Below are positions 1-9,563 of a DNA stretch of 64,000 nucleotides, piece by piece. A model generated the notes under the pieces. It did no database searches. It saw nothing but the letters and a program-made list of their open reading frames with translations, and was not told the DNA's origin. Source of the DNA: an uncultured Bacteroidota bacterium (GTDB lineage Bacteria; Bacteroidota; Bacteroidia; Bacteroidales; WCHB1-69); contig CADCNH010000010.1 of the NCBI GenBank assembly GCA_902802755.1, forward strand, positions 41,300 through 105,299, read 5' to 3'. A program made the translations under genes and the position numbers. Each line of letters opens with the position of its first letter. Position 1 is the first letter of the stretch.

Positions 1-3000
1 TCCATTCGCAGCGCGGAATCAATACTGAAACAACATCTTCATTCACAAGACCTTGTGCAACAATATACCCTGCGATGCGTTCCGAAATCTCATCCACCTC
101 GCGATAAGTGTATTTATGGTCATGATATACAACAGCAAGATTATCAGGTGTTTGCTCCACTTGTTTGCGGAACAGTGAAACGATAGTCTGGGTATCGTCG
201 TAAGGCACATCCGTTTGGTTGAAACTGTCGAGCACTGCGCTTTGTTCAGCATCCAACAATGAGACTTGCTGCAATGCCATCTCGGGATGGTGGATGAATA
301 CTTTGACCGCATTGCATACCGACTGAGCTAGACTTTGCATCAAACTATGACTATAACGACCATTATCGTATTCGACCATCACACCCGGCACGCCCTCTTT
401 CTCTTGGATGTAGAAAGCGATACGGAACTTCGGCGTATTCAGTTCAAGAGATTCTATTTCAAGTTTTTGACCATTGACTACATATTGGTCTATTACTCCC
501 ATCTGATAGGCAAACATGATTTCTGCCGACAGGTCGTAATCAGCAGCTATCTGTGCAAAAGGATACTTCTCGTGAGTCAAAGTCTCGTCAAAATTCTTGC
601 CGGTCTCTCTCAGGAAGTCCATCACATTTTGCTCACCAATCTGGGCACTCATGGCCAAGGTGTTGACAAACATACCCGTCGTGTTGCTTATGCGTAAGTC
701 GGAGCGACCATTGCTGATGGTGGTAATACAGATTTGCTCGTTGTTGGTGAAACGAGAGAGTGCATAGAACACCGCTGCCAAGGTAAGATGTGAAGACGAG
801 AGATTGTTCTTCTTGCAGAATTCCTCCATCGAGTTGAAGTCCATCTTGCAGAAGACTTCGCTGACGGTACCTTGATCCAGCGGATTGGTCAGATCTGTAG
901 GCACCTCGGTAACTCCTTCCACCTTGCCCAAACGCTCGTTGAAGAAGTTTTTGGCCTCCATGTAACTCGGCGTATTTTCGGCAGCTTTCTCGTCGGCAAC
1001 GAAATTGGCATAGCTGATAGCCTCTGCTTCGATTTCTTTGCCATTCATCAGGTCACACAATTGATTCAGAAATAGGTCAAAAGAGCCACCATCGAAGATC
1101 AAGTGATGCACATCGGTCAGGAGATAGACATCGTGCTCAGTGGTGACAATTTCCATGCGGTACAAAGGTCCTTGTCTCAGGTTGAAAGGCTTTACAAACT
1201 CTACCTTGTATTTCTCCAATTCCGCTTCACTTAACTGACTCTTGGTAATGGCAAGAGGTAGATTGCTGTCAACAATCTGTACGATTTCACCTCCTTCGCT
1301 ATCAAAATGCACAAAGAACTGCGGATGCGCCTTGATGATGGTCTCGATGGACTTTTCAAGCAACTGCACATCGGTCCCTTGGGGGAAACGAATGAGCGAT
1401 GGAATATTGTACACCGTGGATGTGGGCTGTTTCACACAATCGACATAGACACCCATCTGTGCGTATGACAGCGGGGCATTTTTTAGTTGACAGTTGGCAG
1501 TTGACAATTGACTGTTGTCGGAACTTGAAGTGTTTTGAGTAGCAGTGGGAGCATTGAGCATATAGTTGAGAATTTCGTTCTCTATGCTTTGCAAAGTACC
1601 GGTCTTGGCTAATGATTTCGAGTCAAGGGTGACACCGAAACGTTTGTTAATCTGAATAGCCAACTTGATGGCCATAATAGAGGTGAGGCCAGCATAGCCC
1701 AATACTGTTGTAACGCCAAAGTCCTCGGTATTGATGATTTTTGCAATGATGTCATGGATTTCCTGCTCCAACACATTCATGGGCACATTGCTCTCCACCA
1801 CAGCCTCAGCCGCTTTCTTTTCGGGCTTCGGAAGGGCTTTCTTATTCACCTTCTGGTTCTGGTTAAGCGGAATGTGGTCGATTTGCATCGTCACGGCAGG
1901 CACCATGTAAGGCGGTTTCTCCTCCAGAATAAAGTTGTTCAAAGCATCAATATCGATTTGTTCATCGGCAACGATATAAGCAGCAATAAACTTGCCACCA
2001 CCCTCTTCGTCGAAGGCTTGCACCGTAGCATCCTTGATGCCAGGGAACTGAAGAATGACACCTTCGACTTCTTTTAATTCGATACGGAAGCCGCGGATCT
2101 TGACTTGTCCGTCTTTGCGTCCCACAAACTGTATATTGCCGTCGGGGAGATAGCGCACAATATCGCCAGTACGGTAGATATGTGCATATTTTTCACTGGA
2201 ATCGAAGGGATTGTCAATATAGACCTCAGCGGTTTTCTCGGGACGGTTGAGATAACCGCGGCTCACCTGCGGTCCAGCGACCCAGAGTTCTCCCGCCACA
2301 CCCACAGGCAAACGGTGACCCGCCTTGTCAACGATATAAAGCTTGACGTTGTCCAATGCTGAGCCAATCGGGATATCCTTCATGGGCTTCGTCACATCGA
2401 AGGAGGTGATACAGACAGTGCTTTCGGTAGGACCATAACAATTCACCAAAGTGTAGTTCGTAGGCGGAGTCAGAGGAGCCAACTTCTCACCGCCAGTCAA
2501 CAGGTAACGCAGGCAGTGGTTCTCCATGGAAGTAGCAAACTGATAAGCCACCTGCGTAGTCATGAATCCGTGGGTAATCTGCTCTTGCTCAAAATATTCA
2601 TTCAACGCTATCATATCCAGACGCAACTCCTCAGGGATAATATAAATCGTGGCACCACATGTGAGTGCAGGATACGTTTCCATCATATTGGCATCGAAGC
2701 CATAACTGGCATAGGCCGTGATTTTACAGCCGGAAGTGAGGTTAAACCTGCGGTGATACCACTCGCAAAAGGCGACGAGGTTGCGATGCACTAACTGACA
2801 GCCTTTAGGTGTTCCCGTAGTGCCGGAAGTGTATAACATGATGAACAGCGACTCGGGCTTTACAGGAGTTGATAGTTGATAGTTGACAGTTGACAATTGA
2901 TTTATATCCTTGGTAAGCAGCACGTCGCCTTTATATTCGTTCACGATATTGCGTAACGATTCTTCGGCGATGAGCAATTTCACGGAAGCATCTTGCATCA

Positions 3001-4573
3001 TGAAATTGAGACGCTCCGAAGGATAGGTCGGGTCGAGGGGCTGGTAAGCGCAGCCGGCCTTCAACACACCCATGGAAACAATAGGCATCCACTCGCAACG
3101 CGGAATCAACACGGAGACAACATCCTCTTCGTGTAGGCCTTTTCCATGGATAAAAGCGGCAATGCGGTCAGAAATCTCATCCAATTCTCTATATGTGAAA
3201 CGTTTGTCTTTATAAACCACTGCGATGTTATCGGGTGTTTTCGCCACCTGCTCACGGAACTTGGAGACGATGGTCGCATTCATATCCAGTTCCGTGTCGG
3301 TCTGGTTAAAACTATCCAGCAAGGCGCGCTGGCTCTCGGTACAGATGTCGATGTCGCGTAGGAGGTTTTGACTCAGGAAGCCCTCCAAGACAGCCTCGTA
3401 ACTCTCCATGAATTGGTCAACCAGGGTTTCAGAGTATTCGTTGGACCTATATTCCGCCCTGATATGATATTGTTTGCCAACATAGAAGGCCATCAGATAA
3501 AATGACACTCCCTCGTTGTGTTTGCGGAGTTGTATGGCCTGCATGGGTTTGCCCATCAGCTCAGTGTAATCCATTAACAGTCCATGCCATGCAAATATGG
3601 AATTGGTTTGCAGGTTGAGATCTGTCATCATATCGGTGTAGGCATAGAGATCATGCTTGCGGCAGCCAATCATCTGTTCCTCGCCAGCTTTCAAAAAGTC
3701 GAGCACAGTAGTCTCTTCAGTGAACCTGGCGTAAACGGGCAGCGTCTTCACCGTCATGCCGACGGAATGTTGGAACTTTGGTTCAGTACGACCGTTAAAA
3801 ACCGTTGTAAACAATGATTCCTGCTCGTTGTTGTACTTAGCCAACAAGAAAGAGTATGCCGATGTAAAAAAGGTGCTTTTTTTGATGCCGTTTGTCTTGC
3901 AGAAAGCATCCACCCGATCCATGGCAATACCGAGGACACGGACTTTGTGGGCATCCGTTTGTTCAGGAATTTCGAGGTCGGGCATGAGCTGGGTGAACGT
4001 GTCACCGCAGTCAAAGTTCTGGGCATACCACTGCTTGCCTTCCTCGAAAGCAGGCGTTTTGCGCATCTCAACTTCGGCAAGGGCAAATTCCTGCATCGAC
4101 ATTTCCTCAGGAGCAAGCGTGCCTCCGTTGTATGCCGTCTCCACATCACAAATGATAATATGGTACGAAGAACCATCGCTGATGATATGGTGCATGTCGA
4201 AGAACCAATAGACATGCTCTGCGTCTCGCATCACCTTGGTATGAAACAGCCTGCCACCATGGAGTTTGAAAGGCTCTATGAATTTTTGCTTCTCAGCCTC
4301 TATATCTAAAACCTGTTCAACGGAAAGGCTGAATTCCTCTTTTTCCAAGTCAATGGTCTGCATAGGCTCTCCGTCATCATTCAGCTCAATACGAGTGAAA
4401 AAAACGGGATGGGCCTGTATAGTCGCTTCTATGGCACGGCACAAACGATCGGCATCAAGACTACCGTCAAAAACATAGAGAAAAGGAAGGTTATAAAAAA
4501 CCTCATTTTCGTGATGTACGCACTCGGCATAAACGCCCAACTGCGATTGAGACAAGGGAGCGATATTTTTCAT
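1..4573 (-). CDS. Non-ribosomal peptide synthetase, N-terminal part (C-A-T-C-A...), runs off the left edge
   Basis: My minus-strand translation from ATG at 4573-4571 stays open to position 1, which is why it is absent from the ORF track (no stop in window). It starts MKNIAPLSQSQLGVYAEC. Motifs: C-domain MHHIISDGSS (about 4190); A-domain LYTSGTTGTPKG (about 2820), YGPTE, GELWVAG, YRTGD, GRKDGQVKIRGFRIE; carrier GYAGLTSIMAIKL (about 1700); second C-domain DVHHLIFDGGS (about 1100); second A-domain start LIPRCEW at the edge. I checked frame consistency at three points. Confidence 0.9.
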   Translation of the reverse strand, partial: MKNIAPLSQSQLGVYAECVHHENEVFYNLPFLYVFDGSLDADRLCRAIEATIQAHPVFFTRIELNDDGEPMQTIDLEKEEFSLSVEQVLDIEAEKQKFIEPFKLHGGRLFHTKVMRDAEHVYWFFDMHHIISDGSSYHIIICDVETAYNGGTLAPEEMSMQEFALAEVEMRKTPAFEEGKQWYAQNFDCGDTFTQLMPDLEIPEQTDAHKVRVLGIAMDRVDAFCKTNGIKKSTFFTSAYSFLLAKYNNEQESLFTTVFNGRTEPKFQHSVGMTVKTLPVYARFTEETTVLDFLKAGEEQMIGCRKHDLYAYTDMMTDLNLQTNSIFAWHGLLMDYTELMGKPMQAIQLRKHNEGVSFYLMAFYVGKQYHIRAEYRSNEYSETLVDQFMESYEAVLEGFLSQNLLRDIDICTESQRALLDSFNQTDTELDMNATIVSKFREQVAKTPDNIAVVYKDKRFTYRELDEISDRIAAFIHGKGLHEEDVVSVLIPRCEWMPIVSMGVLKAGCAYQPLDPTYPSERLNFMMQDASVKLLIAEESLRNIVNEYKGDVLLTKDINQLSTVNYQLSTPVKPESLFIMLYTSGTTGTPKGCQLVHRNLVAFCEWYHRRFNLTSGCKITAYASYGFDANMMETYPALTCGATIYIIPEELRLDMIALNEYFEQEQITHGFMTTQVAYQFATSMENHCLRYLLTGGEKLAPLTPPTNYTLVNCYGPTESTVCITSFDVTKPMKDIPIGSALDNVKLYIVDKAGHRLPVGVAGELWVAGPQVSRGYLNRPEKTAEVYIDNPFDSSEKYAHIYRTGDIVRYLPDGNIQFVGRKDGQVKIRGFRIELKEVEGVILQFPGIKDATVQAFDEEGGGKFIAAYIVADEQIDIDALNNFILEEKPPYMVPAVTMQIDHIPLNQNQKVNKKALPKPEKKAAEAVVESNVPMNVLEQEIHDIIAKIINTEDFGVTTVLGYAGLTSIMAIKLAIQINKRFGVTLDSKSLAKTGTLQSIENEILNYMLNAPTATQNTSSSDNSQLSTANCQLKNAPLSYAQMGVYVDCVKQPTSTVYNIPSLIRFPQGTDVQLLEKSIETIIKAHPQFFVHFDSEGGEIVQIVDSNLPLAITKSQLSEAELEKYKVEFVKPFNLRQGPLYRMEIVTTEHDVYLLTDVHHLIFDGGSFDLFLNQLCDLMNGKEIEAEAISYANFVADEKAAENTPSYMEAKNFFNERLGKVEGVTEVPTDLTNPLDQGTVSEVFCKMDFNSMEEFCKKNNLSSSHLTLAAVFYALSRFTNNEQICITTISNGRSDLRISNTTGMFVNTLAMSAQIGEQNVMDFLRETGKNFDETLTHEKYPFAQIAADYDLSAEIMFAYQMGVIDQYVVNGQKLEIESLELNTPKFRIAFYIQEKEGVPGVMVEYDNGRYSHSLMQSLAQSVCNAVKVFIHHPEMALQQVSLLDAEQSAVLDSFNQTDVPYDDTQTIVSLFRKQVEQTPDNLAVVYHDHKYTYREVDEISERIAGYIVAQGLVNEDVVSVLIPRCEW

Positions 4574-4655
4574 ATATGGGTTGTTTTTTGATTTTATACA
4601 ATTGTTTTCTGAAATGCCATCAATTTATTGTCTATAATCTTTGAACTATCAGCAC

Positions 4656-6050
4656 TTAATTCTTTTTATCACGTTTTTTCTTATCATGCCAAGTGGTAGT
4701 GAAAAACGTTGGGTTGACGGTCAGCATCGCCCAAGCCCAGTGAATCTGGCGTTTTGCGGAGACACGCTGGAGTATTTCCATTGTCTCTGTTCCATACATA
4801 AAAGTGTAACCGGCACTTACAGTGACAAACTTTGCGAAAGTGTAGCCTATATTGAGTTCAGCTTCATGTCCCAAGGGTTTCTTCAATTTTCCATTTCTGC
4901 CATAGCTAAGATCGGCTGAAATGGCATAAAAGTGATAAGCTGCATTGATTTTCAATCCCTTAACTGGACTGACATTACCACCGACATAGAGGTTTTGCAA
5001 ACCAGGGGAAAAGTTGCTATAATAACTGTTCATGTAGAAAAAATCCATAGCACCGTAAAATTCGTGGTGTGAACCAAACAATGGGGTAAAACCTTTGGCC
5101 TCTTTGTGGTATATAAGGCCTAAACCGCCATTAACCGTAATGGGGAAGTTATCACCACTTAGATAGTCATAGCCGGCATAGAGGTTGTAAATCTCACTGG
5201 GAGTGACCTTAACCTTCGCACTTCCCATGAAAGCGTTCAACTTCATACCATGTTCCTCCTTGCCCAGATGGTAGTAGAAGGAACCATCCATGGAGACTAT
5301 GCTGGGATTTATCTTCACGTACGTTCCGAACAACTGCTGATAGAAAGTTTTATTAGGCTCATCATCTCTCTGGCTCTGCACCCCGATATTCATGCCAATC
5401 ACGGAAAAACCAAACAAAGACTTCGGTGTTTCATAGTGATACCAGAGGGTTTGCATAGTTTTGTAAGGCTGCAATCCTCCGGTATAGATGGTGGTGCCGG
5501 CATCTATATTTTCAGGATTCTGGTTGTAGGCAATTAAAACATGTACCTTATGACCGTGTCCCTCATAACCTAATTTCAACGCGTCATGGGTGGGTGCTGT
5601 CATTGTCCAGTCATCATAACCCAAGATACGTTCATCGTCGTATTCAAAAACCTGGCGGCCGATTTTGCCAAAAATACCCGACTTGTGTTTCATGCTCAGC
5701 CAGCCTTCGGACAGACTCAAGCCACCGGCTTGTCCCCAAACTCCTGAGAATTGCGGCGAGAGTCTTATTTCCAACCAGTCGTCACGTTTATATCCCAAAT
5801 TGAGTCGATATTGCCCCATGATAAAGTGGGCCCTACCCGCCTGTTCTTCTTCTTTCTTGGGGTCGAACCCTCCCATACGAAATTCCCAGCGGGTGTTCAG
5901 CTTAGTGTCAATAAAGAACTCGTTGTTTCCTTTAGTTTCCTTGTTTTCTTCGTTTTCTTCATTTGTCTCCTGCGCTCGCAGGTTTAAGGACGACAATATG
6001 CCAACAAGCAAACAGATTCCGAAGAGGAATCGTTTTGTATAAATACTCAT
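4656..6050 (-). CDS. Secreted outer-membrane beta-barrel protein (porin-like; possibly alginate-export family)
   Basis: 464-aa ORF. Signal peptide MSIYTKRFLFGICLLVGILSSLNLRAQ. Alternating aromatic/Gly-rich beta-strand pattern throughout (GYTF, YHFYA, GYDYLSG). The family assignment is a guess. Confidence 0.5.
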   Translation of the reverse strand: MSIYTKRFLFGICLLVGILSSLNLRAQETNEENEENKETKGNNEFFIDTKLNTRWEFRMGGFDPKKEEEQAGRAHFIMGQYRLNLGYKRDDWLEIRLSPQFSGVWGQAGGLSLSEGWLSMKHKSGIFGKIGRQVFEYDDERILGYDDWTMTAPTHDALKLGYEGHGHKVHVLIAYNQNPENIDAGTTIYTGGLQPYKTMQTLWYHYETPKSLFGFSVIGMNIGVQSQRDDEPNKTFYQQLFGTYVKINPSIVSMDGSFYYHLGKEEHGMKLNAFMGSAKVKVTPSEIYNLYAGYDYLSGDNFPITVNGGLGLIYHKEAKGFTPLFGSHHEFYGAMDFFYMNSYYSNFSPGLQNLYVGGNVSPVKGLKINAAYHFYAISADLSYGRNGKLKKPLGHEAELNIGYTFAKFVTVSAGYTFMYGTETMEILQRVSAKRQIHWAWAMLTVNPTFFTTTWHDKKKRDKKN

Positions 6051-6066
6051 TTGTGGTCAATCTTAT

Positions 6067-6369
6067 TTAAATAATTTCAAAAATCTCATCCAATTTAGTC
6101 ATCTTGAAGACCTGTAGCACATCATTATTAACCTTACGGAGGTACATTTTGCCGCCTTTTGCCACTGTTTCTTTACGGATTTTTATAAAAATACGTAATC
6201 CAGAACTGCTGATAAATGGCATTTTCTCGCAGTCGAGAATAAGTGTCTTATCTGCATTTTGCATTAGAGGTTCAATGGTCTCCGAAATCTGTTGTGCAGC
6301 TACTGTGTCCAGTCGTCCGTCGAATGCGGCAATAAGCTGGTTGCCTTCCTCAGTAATTGTAATTTCCAT
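6067..6369 (-). CDS. STAS-domain anti-sigma-factor antagonist (SpoIIAA/RsbV-like)
   Basis: 100 aa. Typical layout LDGRLDTVAAQQ ... ILDCEKMPFISSSGLRIF, which carries the phosphorylatable Ser motif. Confidence 0.85.
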   Translation of the reverse strand: MEITITEEGNQLIAAFDGRLDTVAAQQISETIEPLMQNADKTLILDCEKMPFISSSGLRIFIKIRKETVAKGGKMYLRKVNNDVLQVFKMTKLDEIFEII

Positions 6370-6446
6370 ATTGTAGGTCTTTTAAGTTCAACTATTTTTT
6401 ACATGCAAAAATAAAAAAATTCCCAAATTATACGACAACTAATTTG

Positions 6447-8528
6447 TCAAACATTCAGGGTCATGGTCAGCATATTTCTTCCGTCTTTGTACTGATACTC
6501 CACATTATCCATGATTTCCTTGATAAGATGGATGCCCAACCCTCCGATGGGGCGTTCTTCTATGGAACTGGAGAGTTCTGCTTCCGGATGCTGAAGAGGA
6601 TTGAATGGTGTACCTGTATCGCTGATACATGTTTGAATCTGCCCCTCTTTCGTCCCAAGAGTGATCTCCACCATGCCTTTCTCCCCTTCCGGATAAGCAT
6701 ACATGATGACATTGGCAATAGCTTCTTCCAAGGCAAGGTCCATTTGTGGCAAATGTGACAAGTCTAGATTTTTCCGCTTAAAAAAATCACTCAGAAACGG
6801 TTCCAGTTTCTCCAACTCCTGAATGTCATTATTCAAACTCAACGTATGGCCGCAACTTTGGAAACGTATGGCCAACATGGTAAGATCATCACTTGGTTCG
6901 GCTTCTCCCACAAAACGTAGTACAGCTTGATGCATAATGTCTATCTGCTCTTCTGCTGATATTTCACCAAATCCATTTGCAATATCCAAGGCTTTTTCCT
7001 CCCCAAAGAGTTCCTTTTCAGCATTTTCGGCCTCAGTCAGTCCATCGGTATATAAGAAAAGCGTATCACCTAGACTTAATTGCAACGTTTGGGAAGAATA
7101 TTTCGCATCGAGTTCCACGCCAAGTATAAGATTCAGAGCCAAATCCATATATTGTGCCTGCCCCGAACGAATAAGCATAGGTGGATTATGTCCTGCATTA
7201 CAATAGCTTACAATTCCTGTCTCCATATCCAGCACCCCGATAAACATAGTGATGAACATCATATCGGGATTATTTTCGCCGATAGCGTGATTTAACGCTT
7301 GCATAATATGTTCAGGACGGTCACTCTGGGCTGACAATGTACGGAACAAGCTATGGGTAATGGACATCAGCATAGCGCCAGGCACTCCTTTGCCCGAAAT
7401 GTCACCAATACAAAAAATCAGCTTGTTGTCACGCACATAATAATCGTAAAGGTCTCCCCCCACAAATCTGGCGGGTTGCAGGAAGCCACTGATATCCAAT
7501 TTTGAAATCAGCCCATCCCCTTTGATTTTGGAGGGCACCAACGACATCTGGATCTTTCTTGCAATAGCCAATTCATCTTCAATATGCTGGTTTTTGAGCC
7601 GTTCCTCACCCAGCCACCATATATTTTTCACGGAACTGTAGGCAATCAAAAAGATGGTCACAAAAATTCCTATAGCCATAAGGAAGAATGCCAAACTGGC
7701 TTTACGCAAACGACTATACATGTCGGCATCAGTAATGGTAAGCGTCAACACCAGATTTTTCCCTTCAATGGGCTCCGTATAAATGTGACAACGTCCCCCT
7801 ATTTTGTCCATGGCAGACGGTCCCACGATAAGCTCACCCGTCGATTCGGAAACAAGGGTGCAATAGCTATGGGGGTAAAGTTGTACGCTTTGGACAATTG
7901 CGGCCAACGAGTCCAAGGTGAAATCGACAGCGATCACCCCTACCCTTCTGCCAGTAGTGTCATGTATTGCCCGCACGTATGTCATCATTTCCCCACAGCC
8001 ACCATCCTGGTCATAATAAGGATTACTCCAGTCGCCATTTTCAGACTCCATGCCCTGCTGAAACCATTCCATGGTCAAATAGTCATGATTCTCACCGCCC
8101 AGTTGCTTCCTAACCAATGTGTCACTATTCCAAGGATAACCTGCGTAAGCCAGAAACCAGCGACCTTTTTCGGGATAATAGTTTTCGATAAATGCAACAC
8201 CGGCACTGGTGATTTGCAAAGTGGATTCCACTATATAGCTGGAAATAGTGTACATTTCATCAGGATTTTCAAGAGAGTGTTCAGCAAAAGGACGCATAGC
8301 ATCCGCAATAGTCTCTGCTCTTCCCATGTGCGAACTGATAGCTTGCCCTGTCTGTGCTAAAACACGATGAGCTCGCAGCTCCGCATCGTTACGAATTTTA
8401 GACCTCAAATACAAATAATAAGACGTGCTGACTGCTATCATCAGGATAGCGGCAATGATTATCTTCCTGATTTCCTGTTTGGCAAAAGAATTTCTGGATT
8501 TATCTGTTGACATAATATTTGTCTTCAT
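6447..8528 (-). CDS. Membrane sensor fusion: extracytoplasmic Cache-like domain, PP2C/SpoIIE phosphatase, C-terminal RsbW/SpoIIAB-like HATPase
   Basis: 693 aa. Two TM segments flank a roughly 250-aa extracytoplasmic region. PP2C motifs GGDLYDY, GDISGKGVPGAMLMS, LYTDGLTEA, DDLTMLAI. C-terminal LALEEAIANVIMYAY ... GGLGIHLIKEIMD is a GHKL ATP-binding fold. Confidence 0.8.
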   Translation of the reverse strand: MKTNIMSTDKSRNSFAKQEIRKIIIAAILMIAVSTSYYLYLRSKIRNDAELRAHRVLAQTGQAISSHMGRAETIADAMRPFAEHSLENPDEMYTISSYIVESTLQITSAGVAFIENYYPEKGRWFLAYAGYPWNSDTLVRKQLGGENHDYLTMEWFQQGMESENGDWSNPYYDQDGGCGEMMTYVRAIHDTTGRRVGVIAVDFTLDSLAAIVQSVQLYPHSYCTLVSESTGELIVGPSAMDKIGGRCHIYTEPIEGKNLVLTLTITDADMYSRLRKASLAFFLMAIGIFVTIFLIAYSSVKNIWWLGEERLKNQHIEDELAIARKIQMSLVPSKIKGDGLISKLDISGFLQPARFVGGDLYDYYVRDNKLIFCIGDISGKGVPGAMLMSITHSLFRTLSAQSDRPEHIMQALNHAIGENNPDMMFITMFIGVLDMETGIVSYCNAGHNPPMLIRSGQAQYMDLALNLILGVELDAKYSSQTLQLSLGDTLFLYTDGLTEAENAEKELFGEEKALDIANGFGEISAEEQIDIMHQAVLRFVGEAEPSDDLTMLAIRFQSCGHTLSLNNDIQELEKLEPFLSDFFKRKNLDLSHLPQMDLALEEAIANVIMYAYPEGEKGMVEITLGTKEGQIQTCISDTGTPFNPLQHPEAELSSSIEERPIGGLGIHLIKEIMDNVEYQYKDGRNMLTMTLNV

Positions 8529-8703
8529 TAATCAATAACATCTGGCAAATATACATGTTTTTTTTAGAATACGGAATGTTATACCGAAAATACAACAGCA
8601 TAGTGCACTATAATTTCTTTTTTCATGATATTTTTGACTCATCGTGTTACATTTGAAAAATTTTACCTATTTTTGCTATTGATTTTTCTCCAATTAACAA
8701 ATA

Positions 8704-9549
8704 ATGAAGAAGATAGTCTTATTGTTATACGTATTTTTCACAATCTGCAGTGTGACTGCCCAAATGAACTATTATGTTGGGATTCCATCGCATATAGCCT
8801 ATATAAAAGATTCCGCTCGTTTCGTAATCGCTAACTTGCCGTGGAACTATAACGGACGGATAGAGCAACGAATGATGCCATATTATCTTGAACCCCTAAA
8901 ACAATTCATGGACAAACACCCTGGCTTTAAATGCAACTTCTTGTTGTACGATTGTGTACAAAGCGAAGAGATGAGTTTGGCCTTCACGACCTATCAGGCA
9001 GAACGACTGAGACAGTATTTTTTATATGAGGATACTCTGTTCGGTCAACAATATCTCAACGAAATCATTCCCCACGGTTGCGCCAATCCATTATTCAAAG
9101 ACTTACAAGTGGACAGCAGCCAGCGGATCTACCGTTCAGAGGTTAACAATTCTCTTAAATCCAGTGTCATTATTGAGCTGATACAACAATACCCCATACA
9201 GAAGATGATACAGAAAAGCGCCTTTTACGCACAACCATGTGAAGGGGAGGTTTTTGACGTTGCGCCGGCATTCCAAGGCGGAACACGTGCATTATATGAT
9301 TATTTGCTGCAACATATAGATTACTCGGTGGTTGGTCAAGCCGATGTAAGTGGGGTTATACTGGTAGAGTTCTTCATTGAAGCAGACGGCAGTGTTTCTA
9401 TGCCTGAAATCAAACGGAAGCTGTTCCCAGACTTGGATGAGCAAGCCTTGCGGATTGTTCGCAATATGCCCAAATGGAAACCCGCCAGCAAAAATGGACA
9501 AGCTGTCCGTTGCCGGTACAAAATCCCCTTGTACTACTATTTGCAATAG
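8704..9549 (+). CDS. Secreted protein with TonB-C-like C-terminal domain
   Basis: 281 aa with a signal peptide. The C-terminal roughly 90 aa (PAFQGGTRALYDYLLQHIDY ... GVILVEFFIEADGSV ... AKNGQAVRCRYKIPL) matches the TonB_C / energy-transducer fold pattern. Confidence 0.6.
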   Translation: MKKIVLLLYVFFTICSVTAQMNYYVGIPSHIAYIKDSARFVIANLPWNYNGRIEQRMMPYYLEPLKQFMDKHPGFKCNFLLYDCVQSEEMSLAFTTYQAERLRQYFLYEDTLFGQQYLNEIIPHGCANPLFKDLQVDSSQRIYRSEVNNSLKSSVIIELIQQYPIQKMIQKSAFYAQPCEGEVFDVAPAFQGGTRALYDYLLQHIDYSVVGQADVSGVILVEFFIEADGSVSMPEIKRKLFPDLDEQALRIVRNMPKWKPASKNGQAVRCRYKIPLYYYLQ

Positions 9550-9563
9550 TCATATAGAAAGAC

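Noticed and set aside
3754-4215. Paired 150-aa ORFs on both strands (3754-4215 minus, 3756-4211 plus) and other short ORFs at 335-4919
   Set aside because: They sit inside the continuous NRPS reading frame, which I verified in frame at three motif positions. None has motif content.
8625-8834. 69-aa ORF overlapping the start of the TonB-C-like gene
   Set aside because: It is an alternative frame across the promoter and 5' end. The 281-aa frame has a signal peptide and a recognisable C-terminal domain.
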